64,000 bases of DNA, from positions 3,958 through 67,957 of the forward strand of contig CANQFP010000002.1 in NCBI GenBank assembly GCA_947599965.1. Direction: 5' to 3'. Under the pieces are notes generated by a model. It was given only the letters and a program-made list of their open reading frames with translations. It did not search any database and was not told the DNA's origin. The stretch comes from an uncultured Atopobiaceae bacterium. GTDB lineage: Bacteria > Actinomycetota > Coriobacteriia > Coriobacteriales > Atopobiaceae. A program made the translations under genes and the position numbers. This document shows positions 36,501 to 44,303 of this stretch, piece by piece. Each line of letters starts with the position of its first letter. Position 1 is the first letter of the stretch.

Positions 36501-37126
36501 CCGGCGTCACGGAGAACTACATCCAGGGCTATCTCTACCTCGGCCCCGAGGCCTTCGACGAGGTGTTCGGCGACGAGCCCTCCTACGACACGATCTACAC
36601 CACCATGGATGACGACCCCGAGAAGAGAACCGAGATCGCCAAGCACCTCCAGGCCATGGACGACGTGGACACGGTGGTCTTCGAGGACGACATGATCGAA
36701 ACCTATTCCACGATGCTTCGCTCCGTGGACCTCGTGATGATCGTGCTCATCGTCTCGGCGGCCGCGCTCGCCTTCGTCGTCCTCTACAACCTCGCGAACA
36801 TCAACATCTCCGAGCGCGTGCGCGAGATCGCGAGCCTCAAGGTGCTCGGCTTCACGCGGCGCGAGGTCGACGCCTACGTCTTCCGCGAGATCCTGCTCAT
36901 CGTCATCGGCGGGGCGCTCGTGGGCCTCGTGCTCGGCTACTTCTTCGAGGCCTACGTCGTGGTGACGGCCGAGGTGGACGCGGCCATGTTCGGCCGCAGC
37001 GTCCATTGGCCGAGCTACGTCTACTCGTTCCTCCTCACCATGGGCTTCACCGTCCTCGTGCTCCTCGCGATGCGGCCGAAGCTCGCCCGCATCGACATGG
37101 TGGAGAGCCTGAAGTCCGTGGAGTAG
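33587..37126 (+). CDS. FtsX/MacB-type ABC transporter permease with two FtsX modules and a giant coiled-coil extracytoplasmic insert
   Basis: The FtsX motifs are IGTYKALGYSTATISAKYL and IASLKVLGFTRREVDAYVF. About 340 aa of Ala/Glu/Leu/Gln heptad-like sequence lie at roughly nt 34400-35425. The GTG start is 3 nt after the ATPase stop. Confidence 0.88.
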   Translation: MAPRARHNPFVIEFLRSVSRSLGRFLAIVAIVAIGCGFFAGLRMTGTGMRKSADIYYDGTELYDLQLVSTLGISENTVERVAETPGITAVMPSRSVDVMAAIGENQVAARVTSFDVEAAKRSSSDGVRVFSEDDGYLNRLILRTGRWPSAPNECVVLEERAEHLGRSDTVDVLYGATSLDDVLDVRDFDVVGTVSSTYYSLSSSLATTTLGSGILEQAVFVPEDAFDPESPYTECFMRVGDATDEITATEPYEAEVQKVEEELEIELDSFANERREEVRAEAQETLDEHRADFEEEKAEALAELDDAERELEDGLAELRRNQATVDDSEAELASGQADYEAGLAEIASSRKRLQDGEAAYASGQAEIASAERQVADARTQLADAEAQAAPEIERFDAAETAYQDGLAAYDGAVSDLVAQFSALTPGASTPEEIQAALPAVIEQLSAAAAAGVPGAEEQLAAARQAQAALDAAIPELEAQRAQLDAAEAELDAARPQVEAAKARLAEGRRQLESAEAELAAGQAELAASRRQLDDGWAQLGSAEAELASAASEIASGRAQLADAQRQLDEGWDEYYEGKAAYERERQDALEKLDDAEKELDDAQAEIDDIERPDVFVLDRTKNYGAQSYANDSERIDAIASVFPLFFFIVAALVALTTMTRMVDDERSLIGTYKALGYSTATISAKYLAYAAIASGIGAVIGIAFMSQLLPWVIPEAYGIVYTIPHRPFPLPIEPGPAVSSFLLGLGCTLTATLVACVSSLRETPAALLQPKAPKVGKRILLERIGPLWRKITFSWKVTLRNIFRYKRRFLMTVIGIAGCTGLLVTGFGVRDAISDIIDIQYGELVGHDVMIGLANDATTGEVADVVDYLDETGAAGRCVIADTENVVVRDASGKGDDHAVQLICPENIDEFCEIRTLRERIGHAEVPFEPDSAILTEKLATMLGVGPGDAIRVFEPNAVGNVTDLGHEVTLTGVTENYIQGYLYLGPEAFDEVFGDEPSYDTIYTTMDDDPEKRTEIAKHLQAMDDVDTVVFEDDMIETYSTMLRSVDLVMIVLIVSAAALAFVVLYNLANINISERVREIASLKVLGFTRREVDAYVFREILLIVIGGALVGLVLGYFFEAYVVVTAEVDAAMFGRSVHWPSYVYSFLLTMGFTVLVLLAMRPKLARIDMVESLKSVE

Positions 37127-37144
37127 GGGAGCGCTTCGCAGGAG

Positions 37145-37167
37145 GCCGGGCGGCCGGGCGGCCCGGC
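37145..37167. terminator. GC hairpin between convergent genes
   Basis: GCCGGGC (37145-37151) pairs with GCCCGGC (37161-37167) in the 45-nt spacer between the permease and DegV stops. Confidence 0.35.
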
Positions 37168-37171
37168 GGCG

Positions 37172-38203
37172 CTAGCTGTTCGTCGCGTAGGCGGTGTGGT
37201 CGTCGCTCGTGACCTCCATGGCGATGCGGTCGGGCACCGTCGAAAGGTCGTTGTCGCGGCGATCGGGCCCCCAGAAGCAGCAGCTGATCATCCCCGGGCC
37301 CACGTGGCAACCGATGGTGGGGCCGATCGAGCTCTCGAGGAACGGGATGTCGAAGCCCGCCGCCTCGCGGAGCAGCTCCTTCAGGCGCTCGAGGTCGCGG
37401 GGGCAGTCGGCGTTGCCGACGGCGGCGAGCGGCGTGCGACGATCGTGGTGCTCGCGGTAGTAGTCGGCGAGGCGCTGGATGCCCTTCTTGCGCCCGCGGG
37501 CGACGCCGGCCAGGGTGAGCTTGCCGTCGAGGTCGATGGAGAGCAGCGGCTTCACGTTGAGCTTCGTGCCCACGAAGGCCACGCCCTGGGGGATGCGCCC
37601 TCCGCGGGCGAGGGCGTCGAGGTCGTCGCACATGAACAACGTGTAGATGTAGTAGTGCACCTCCTCGGCCCAGGAGACCATCTCCTCGGCGGTGAGCCCG
37701 CGATCGCGCTGGCGCACGGCCTCCCAGCAGGCGAGGTACTGCGGAGTCGATTCCTCCTTGAGATCCACCACGTAGAGCGGCGTGTCGGCACCGCGCTCGG
37801 CCTTGAGTCGCTCGGCCGCCATGGCCGCCGCCTCATAGCCGTTGGAGAGGCCCGAGGAGAAGCAGAGGTAGACGACCGGCAGCCCCGCCGAGAGCGCCTC
37901 GGTGTAGACGCGCTCGAGCGTCATGGGGTCGGCGTAGGCGGTGTGCGGCGTCGCGCCCTTGCGCATGGCGTCGTAGAACTCACGCGGCGTGATGGAGGCG
38001 TACATGTCGTCCTGCACCACTTCGTCGTTCAGCGTGTAGGTGTAGGGCATGACGAAGAGCCCGTGCTTCTTGCAGAAGGAGAGCGGCAGCTCGCACGGCG
38101 AGTCCACGATGAGGTTGCATTTGGCCGTCGCCGGCACGGGATCGGGGACGTAGGCGTCGAGTGGGCTCGTGGGGTTCGGGACCTTCGTCTCTTCTTGGGC
38201 CAT
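37172..38203 (-). CDS. DegV-family fatty-acid-binding protein
   Basis: LIVDSPCELPLSFCKKHGLFVMPYTYTLNDEVVQDD and the overall length fit the DegV family. Confidence 0.85.
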   Translation of the reverse strand: MAQEETKVPNPTSPLDAYVPDPVPATAKCNLIVDSPCELPLSFCKKHGLFVMPYTYTLNDEVVQDDMYASITPREFYDAMRKGATPHTAYADPMTLERVYTEALSAGLPVVYLCFSSGLSNGYEAAAMAAERLKAERGADTPLYVVDLKEESTPQYLACWEAVRQRDRGLTAEEMVSWAEEVHYYIYTLFMCDDLDALARGGRIPQGVAFVGTKLNVKPLLSIDLDGKLTLAGVARGRKKGIQRLADYYREHHDRRTPLAAVGNADCPRDLERLKELLREAAGFDIPFLESSIGPTIGCHVGPGMISCCFWGPDRRDNDLSTVPDRIAMEVTSDDHTAYATNS

Positions 38204-38333
38204 GACTCTCCTTCGGTGACGGGTCTCTCAGCCGTGAGGGGCGAAAACTGTGCCACAGTATGAGGGAAGCGGTGTCGATGAGACGAGTTGAGATTGCAAC
38301 TAGTCTTCGACGCCCCCGACGAAGGAGCCGATC

Positions 38334-39095
38334 ATGACCAAGCGCTCACCCAAGACCTATGAGGACGTGTGCCTCTGGTGGCAGGGGCTCGATCCCGAGA
38401 TCCGCGCCACCGAGATCGACGAGTTCGCGCTTGAGTTCGGCTACCACTCGACGAAGCTCGAGCGTTCGGACGTGCACTTCGAGGAGGCTCGCGAGATCTT
38501 CGAGCGCGGCACGGTCACGGCCTACACGGGCGACGTCCGCAGCCTCACCTCGCTGGCGAACCAGCAGGTGGCCTTCGATCTCATCCTCCGCAACCTCGCG
38601 CGCGGCGAGCGCTTCGACGAGGAGCTCCTCCTGAAGACCCATCGGCTCGTGGCCGGCGGCACCTTCTCGCGTCGCCAGCTCGCCGACGGCGAGTTCCCGG
38701 GCACCTACAAGCGCTCGGACTACTTCGTCCGCGAGACCAAGGAGGTGGGCGCGTTGCCCGAGGATTGCCCGCAGCTCACCCGCGAGCTCCTCGCCGAGGT
38801 GGACGAGGAGCTCGACAAGCTCACGCCCTCCCGCGCCCTCACCGTGGCGGCCTACTTCCACAACCGGCTCGTCTCCATCCATCCGTTCTCCGAGGGCACG
38901 GGCCGCGTGGCCCGCGAGCTCTCGAACTACATCCTCCTCTGGGGCGGCCACGCGCCCATCTGCATCTACAAGGAGGATCGCAACGAGTACTTCGGCGAGC
39001 TCGAGGCCTTCGACGAGACGGGCGATCTCGAGCCGTTCAAGGCGTTCTTGCGCAAGGAGACGGTGAAGTCCTGGGAGACCCGCGTCCGCGGCTAG
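38334..39095 (+). CDS. Fic/DOC-family protein
   Basis: The Fic motif is HPFSEGTGRVAREL, a variant of the canonical HxFx(D/E)GNGRxxR with Asn replaced by Thr. The RBS is GAAGGAG. Confidence 0.85.
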   Translation: MTKRSPKTYEDVCLWWQGLDPEIRATEIDEFALEFGYHSTKLERSDVHFEEAREIFERGTVTAYTGDVRSLTSLANQQVAFDLILRNLARGERFDEELLLKTHRLVAGGTFSRRQLADGEFPGTYKRSDYFVRETKEVGALPEDCPQLTRELLAEVDEELDKLTPSRALTVAAYFHNRLVSIHPFSEGTGRVARELSNYILLWGGHAPICIYKEDRNEYFGELEAFDETGDLEPFKAFLRKETVKSWETRVRG

Positions 39096-39099
39096 GCGC

Positions 39100-40887
39100 C
39101 TAGAGCCCCCAGGCCACGAACCACACCACGAAGCCGCTCACCACGAAGGCGAGGAGCAGCACGCCCTCCGCGTCGAGGAGGAAGCGGCGTCCTCGCTCGT
39201 TGACCTCGAGCTCGAAGGGTCGGGTCTCGTCGAAGGGCGGAAGGGCCGTCTCGGCGTCGGCGGAGCCGCCCTCGGCATCCTCGCCGGCAAACCCCAGCAC
39301 GGTCGCGCACCGTTTCCCGAGATGGCGCGCGAGCCATGCGAGCGGCCGCCCGGCGTCGCCGTCGAGCATGAGACCGAGGATGAGCGGCAGGAACATCAGG
39401 TAATAGCGCACCTGCATGCCGTTGATGAATGTGACACCCACCTCGTTGTAGCTCACGTAGAGCGCGGTGAGGAGCGCCCCGCAGGCGACGACGAAGCCCA
39501 CGATGGCGAGGACGCGCAGCCGGCGGCCTCCGGGGGTGCGCGCCCAAGCGTCGGCGGGAGAGCGGTCGGCCATGGTGGCCCACGCGAGAAGCGCGAGTTC
39601 GGCGGCGGCGATGAGCGGTGCGAGGACGGGCCAGGGAAGATAGCAGAGGTTCACCGGCAACTCGATGAAGATGCGCACGGGGTTCAGATAGCTCGCGGTG
39701 GTGTTCGCGAGACCGAGCGCGTAGCGCCACGGCTCCCGCAGCATGAGCGAGAGCTGCTCGGCGGGGTGCACGTTCGTCGTGGACTGGGTGTCCACGTTCG
39801 AGGCGCCGCTCGAGGCGACGAAGGGCGCGAGGAAGCCCCACACCATGAACGCGATCATGCCCAGCCACGCGATCCGCCAGAGCCAGGCGGTGCGCCGGCC
39901 CGTGAACTTCCCCGCGGGCAGGCAGAGGAAGGCGAGCCCCCAGGGAAAGAGGATCGCCTTCACCGAAGTTGCGAGGTAGAAGGGCACGATCATCCAGAGC
40001 GCACCCGCAAGGCCGATCGTCTCGCCGGGGCGCTGGAGCGCGCCGATGAGGCTCGTCGTGGCGATGGAGGCAAAGCCCACGGTCCACGGGTCGTAGCTCC
40101 AGTTCGCCGCGATGAAGAGCTGCGTGGGCAGCAGGCAAATCGCGAGGAACAGCCATTTGCCCGAAACGAGTCTCCGCATGGCGAGCCAGCAGAGCACGCA
40201 CCAGAGCGCGTAGTTCGCAACGCGTCCGAGCGCGTAGGTCCAGAGAAGCGGCGCGCCGACCGCGCGGCCGAGCGCGAGCCCTGCCGCCATGGGAAGCCGG
40301 GCGACGAGGCCCATGCCGCCCATGTTCACGATCTCCTCGTCGTCGCCGAGGCGCGTGAGGCCCTCGAGGGTCACGCTCTCGCCCGACGCCTCGGCCTCCT
40401 CGAGCACCTCCACCTGCCGGGCGAGCCCCTCCTCGGAAAGCGAGAGCCGCCAGTTGGGGTGCCAATCGTCATCCGAGGTGCCGTAGGGGATGAGCCCCAC
40501 CTCGTAGATCGCATCGCGGTAGTTCATGAGCCGATCGGCGCCGGTGTAGGTGGCGTTTGCGCCTTGGGAGAGCACGAGCGCCGACGAGAAGTGGGTCTGG
40601 CCGTCCCAGGAAACCGACGCGATGGGCGGCGTGAAGGCGACGAGGCAGACGCCCATCGGCACGAGGAAGAACCAAAGCGCGGCCTCGGGGCTCCCGAGCA
40701 GTCGATCGCGCAGCCAGAGGAAGGTCCACACGGAAGCGCCGGCCACCACGCAGAAGAGCTGGAAGCGCCAGGACGCCGGCCAGACGAGCCAGGCGACGAG
40801 CCAGCCCGCGAGGCCGACCGCAGCCGAGCCGAGCGGCCCCCAAGCCAACCGGCTCAGCGTGCTTTGGCTCTCAACATCCGGCGCCAT
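39100..40887 (-). CDS. Polytopic membrane protein, DUF2142-like (putative GT-C-type glycosyltransferase)
   Basis: It has more than 12 hydrophobic segments. SWDGQTHFSSALVLSQG resembles the DUF2142 PDE..H motif region. GMQVRYYLMFLPL resembles the conserved C-terminal vQGRY.lP motif. ATG 40887 follows GAGGAGG. Confidence 0.6.
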   Translation of the reverse strand: MAPDVESQSTLSRLAWGPLGSAAVGLAGWLVAWLVWPASWRFQLFCVVAGASVWTFLWLRDRLLGSPEAALWFFLVPMGVCLVAFTPPIASVSWDGQTHFSSALVLSQGANATYTGADRLMNYRDAIYEVGLIPYGTSDDDWHPNWRLSLSEEGLARQVEVLEEAEASGESVTLEGLTRLGDDEEIVNMGGMGLVARLPMAAGLALGRAVGAPLLWTYALGRVANYALWCVLCWLAMRRLVSGKWLFLAICLLPTQLFIAANWSYDPWTVGFASIATTSLIGALQRPGETIGLAGALWMIVPFYLATSVKAILFPWGLAFLCLPAGKFTGRRTAWLWRIAWLGMIAFMVWGFLAPFVASSGASNVDTQSTTNVHPAEQLSLMLREPWRYALGLANTTASYLNPVRIFIELPVNLCYLPWPVLAPLIAAAELALLAWATMADRSPADAWARTPGGRRLRVLAIVGFVVACGALLTALYVSYNEVGVTFINGMQVRYYLMFLPLILGLMLDGDAGRPLAWLARHLGKRCATVLGFAGEDAEGGSADAETALPPFDETRPFELEVNERGRRFLLDAEGVLLLAFVVSGFVVWFVAWGL

Positions 40888-40994
40888 GCCCCTCCTCGTC
40901 CCGTCGCCATTGTGACGTAAGCGAGGATGGACGCGGCTTCGCAGCGGGCCCTGATACCATGGGATCATCCCATCCACGCGACGTCGGAGGCTCC

Positions 40995-41924
40995 ATGAGG
41001 CTGCTCATCACCGGTGCCAAGGGCCAGCTCGGCGAGGAGCTCGCGAAGCTGCTTCGCACGGGGCGCGCCGATATCGCGCCTGTGAACGCGCGCTGGGCGG
41101 ATGTGGAGTTCCTGCGCACCGATCTCGAGGCCGACGAAGCGTCGGATACGCTCGCCCTCGACATCTGCGATCGAGCCCGGGTGGACGCGTTTCTCGCCGA
41201 ACACGCGCTCGATTGGGTGATCAACTGCGCCGCCGCCACGAACGTCGACGGTTGCGAGGGCGATCCCGCCTTCGCCGAGCGTCTGAACGCCGACGGCCCC
41301 GCGAACCTCGCCCGCGCCTGCCGGGCCACGGGCGCTCGGCTCCTGCACGTCTCCACCGACTACGTGCTCGCGGGAGACGACCCAGCACCCCAGGCCGAGG
41401 ACGCGGTGCCCGATCCCAAGACGGTCTACGGCACTACGAAGCTCGAGGGAGAGCGGCGCGTGCTCGCGCTCGCGCCGGATTCCGTCATCGTGCGCACCGC
41501 CTGGCTCTACGGCAGTCGCGGGAGGAACTTCGTCTACACGATGAGCCGGCTCGGGCGGGAGCACGAGAGCGTGCGTGTGGTGGACGACCAGCACGGAAGC
41601 CCCACCAACGCCAACGACCTCGCCTGGGAGATCCTCGAGATCATGGCGTGGGCGGATGAGGTGGCGGACGATGCCGCCGGCATCTGGCACGTCACGGGCG
41701 CGGGCACCACCACTTGGGACGCCTTCGCGAGGCGGATCTTCGAGCTCGAGGGCGTGCCGTGCGAGGTCATCGGCGTCTCCACCGAGGAGTGGGGAGCGCC
41801 CGCGCCGCGCCCGGCGTGGTCGGTGCTCGACCATCGTCGCCTGCGCGAGACCATCGGCGACGGGATGCGTCCCTGGGACGAGGCGCTCAGCTCCTTCATC
41901 GAGGAAGAGGGCCTCGGCGTCTAG
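40995..41924 (+). CDS. rmlD: dTDP-4-dehydrorhamnose reductase
   Basis: It contains MRLLITGAKGQLGEEL, HVSTDYVL, YGTTKLEGE and SPTNANDLA. Confidence 0.9.
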   Translation: MRLLITGAKGQLGEELAKLLRTGRADIAPVNARWADVEFLRTDLEADEASDTLALDICDRARVDAFLAEHALDWVINCAAATNVDGCEGDPAFAERLNADGPANLARACRATGARLLHVSTDYVLAGDDPAPQAEDAVPDPKTVYGTTKLEGERRVLALAPDSVIVRTAWLYGSRGRNFVYTMSRLGREHESVRVVDDQHGSPTNANDLAWEILEIMAWADEVADDAAGIWHVTGAGTTTWDAFARRIFELEGVPCEVIGVSTEEWGAPAPRPAWSVLDHRRLRETIGDGMRPWDEALSSFIEEEGLGV

Positions 41925-41983
41925 GCGAGGCCGCGCCGCAGACGTGCGGCTCAGGATGGCAACGATCGAGAGGGGGTCCGGCC

Positions 41984-43066
41984 GTGGAGAGCTATCTCGT
42001 CACCGGAGGCGCCGGCTTCATCGGTTCCAACTTCGTGCTCTCCCTGCTCGCCTCCGGGCGAGACGTCCGCGTGGTGAACGTCGACGCGCTCACCTATGCG
42101 GGCAACCTCGAGAATCTCGCGAGCGTGGAGGACGATCCGCGCTATCGCCTCTACCAGGCCGACATCCGCGACGCCCGCGCCATGGCCGAGATCATCGCCG
42201 CCGAGAACCCGCGCTACGTCGTGAACTTCGCCGCCGAGAGCCACGTGGATCGCTCGATCGAGGATCCCGGTATCTTCGAATCCACCAACGTCGGCGGCAC
42301 GGTGAACCTCCTGAATGTGGTGAAGAGCGCCTGGGAGGAGCCGGACGGCGGCTTCGGCGAGCATCGCTACCTGCAGGTATCCACCGATGAGGTCTACGGT
42401 TCGCTTCCGCTCGACGATCCGAGCGCCTACTTCCGGGAGACGACCCCGCTCTCGCCCCATTCGCCCTACTCGGCGTCCAAGGCCTCGGCCGACTTCTTCG
42501 TGCGCGCCTACGGCGACACCTTCGGCCTGCCGGTGCTCATCACCCGCTGCTCCAACAACTACGGGCCGTATCAATTCCCCGAGAAGCTCATCCCGCTCAT
42601 GATCCGCAACGCCTGCCGCCACGAGCCGCTGCCCGTCTACGGCGACGGCCTGAACGTGCGCGACTGGCTCTACGTCGAGGACCACTGCACGGCCATCGAC
42701 CTCGTGCTGCACGAAGGCCGCATCGGCGAGGTCTACAACGTCGGCGGCCACAACGAGCGCTCCAACATCGAGATCGTGAAGACGATCATCCGGCTCGTCT
42801 CCGAGCGCCTGGACGATCCGGCAATAGACGATTCCCTCATTCGCTTCGTGGAGGATCGCAAGGGCCACGACCGGCGCTACGGCATCGATCCCGCCAAGAT
42901 CACGGCCGAGCTCGGCTGGAGCCCCGAGACCCCCTTCGAGGAGGGGATCGTGCGGACCATCGACTGGTACCTCGCGCACGCCGAATGGGTGGAGCGCGTG
43001 ACGAGCGGCGCCTACCAGACCTACTACGAAGAGATGTACGGCCACCGCGGCGCCGCCCGCGCCTAG
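41984..43066 (+). CDS. rmlB: dTDP-glucose 4,6-dehydratase
   Basis: It contains YLVTGGAGFIGSNFV, VSTDEVYG, YSASKA and NNYGPYQFPEKLIP. A GTG start at 41984 follows GAGAGGGGG. Confidence 0.92.
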   Translation: MESYLVTGGAGFIGSNFVLSLLASGRDVRVVNVDALTYAGNLENLASVEDDPRYRLYQADIRDARAMAEIIAAENPRYVVNFAAESHVDRSIEDPGIFESTNVGGTVNLLNVVKSAWEEPDGGFGEHRYLQVSTDEVYGSLPLDDPSAYFRETTPLSPHSPYSASKASADFFVRAYGDTFGLPVLITRCSNNYGPYQFPEKLIPLMIRNACRHEPLPVYGDGLNVRDWLYVEDHCTAIDLVLHEGRIGEVYNVGGHNERSNIEIVKTIIRLVSERLDDPAIDDSLIRFVEDRKGHDRRYGIDPAKITAELGWSPETPFEEGIVRTIDWYLAHAEWVERVTSGAYQTYYEEMYGHRGAARA

Positions 43067-43090
43067 GCGGAAGACTCCGAGGCACCGATC

Positions 43091-44239
43091 GTGCGCTACG
43101 CCATCTTCTCGGCCCTCTACGAGCCGCATCTCGGTGGAGTCGAGCGGTTCTCGAAGGAGCTCGCGACGGCACTCTCGAGGCGGGGCGGCGAGGTGCGCCT
43201 CTTCACCTGCGCCCTCTCGAGCGACGCCGAGGGCGATGTGGACGCGCCCGAGGGCTTTCGAATCACGCGACTGCCGTCCCACACGCTTCTCGGTGGTCGG
43301 CTTCCCGTCATGCGGATGACCGGTGCCACCCACGCCGCCCTGCGCGAGCTCGGTGCGTGGGGTCCCGATCGCGTGCTCGTGAACACGCGCTTCTATCCGC
43401 TCTCGCTCACGGGGGCCGCCTTCGGCGCCGAGCACGGCGTGCCGACGCTCGTGCTCGACCACGGCTCCGACTACCTCACCCTCGACCACGCCTTCGCCGA
43501 CGTCGTGCTCAAGGGCTACGAGCACGCGGTCACGGGTCGCATCGCCGCCGGCTCGCCGAGCTTCGCGGGGATTTCCGCCGCGAGCGCGCGTTGGCTCGAG
43601 ACCTTCGGCATCGAGACCGAGCTCGTCGTGCCGAATGCCATCGATGCGGCGGCGTTTCGCGCGGAGGCCGCAGGGCGCGCGTTTCGGCGGGAGCTCGGGC
43701 TCGGAGAGGACGATCCGCTCGTCGTCTTCGCCGGGCGTCTCACGGAGGCCAAGGGTGCCCACCTCGTGTTCGAGGCGGCGCGCATGCTGCCCGAGGTGCG
43801 CTTCGCCATCGCCGGCGAGGGTCCGCTCGAGGCGCGCCTTCGCGAGCGCACACCCGAGAACCTCGCGCTTCTCGGCACCCTTTCCCACGGCGAGCTCTCC
43901 GCGCTCCTCTCCGAGGCCACGGCGCTCGCGCTCCCGAGTGCTTCCGAGGGGTTCGCGACGGTCCTTCTCGAAGCCGGCGCCTGGGGCGTGCCGATCGCGG
44001 CGACGCCGGTCGGCGGCACGGACGAGGTGCTCGCCGATCCCTCGTGGGGCGAGCTCCTCGATCGCCGGACGGCGCTCGGGCTCGCCGAGGCGCTGGATCG
44101 GCTGTTGCGCGTGGACGGCGTCGATCGAGCCGTGCGCTCCCGCGCCCTCGCCGAGCACGTCGCCACCGCCTGCTCATGGGATTCGACCCTCGCCGCCCTC
44201 GACGCGGCCTACGCCCGCGGAGAGGCCGAATTGCCGTAA
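43091..44239 (+). CDS. GT4-family (GT-B fold) glycosyltransferase
   Basis: GGVERFSKELATAL lies at the N-terminus. The C-terminal PSASEGFATVLLEAGAWGVPIAATPVGGTDEVL is the EX7E-type region. Confidence 0.85.
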   Translation: MRYAIFSALYEPHLGGVERFSKELATALSRRGGEVRLFTCALSSDAEGDVDAPEGFRITRLPSHTLLGGRLPVMRMTGATHAALRELGAWGPDRVLVNTRFYPLSLTGAAFGAEHGVPTLVLDHGSDYLTLDHAFADVVLKGYEHAVTGRIAAGSPSFAGISAASARWLETFGIETELVVPNAIDAAAFRAEAAGRAFRRELGLGEDDPLVVFAGRLTEAKGAHLVFEAARMLPEVRFAIAGEGPLEARLRERTPENLALLGTLSHGELSALLSEATALALPSASEGFATVLLEAGAWGVPIAATPVGGTDEVLADPSWGELLDRRTALGLAEALDRLLRVDGVDRAVRSRALAEHVATACSWDSTLAALDAAYARGEAELP

Positions 44240-44303
44240 AGCCGGGCTGGTATCCTTTGCGCGTGGATGGGCGGGTGTCTCGTCGGCGAGGGAGAGGGCT
44301 TCC

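Noticed and set aside
43635-44303. N-terminal 223-aa extension of the P1 ORF given in the ORF track (43635..46736).
   Set aside because: The extension overlaps the GT4 gene in another frame and is Arg/Pro/Ser-rich. The paralog alignment and the GGAGAGGG RBS support ATG 44304.
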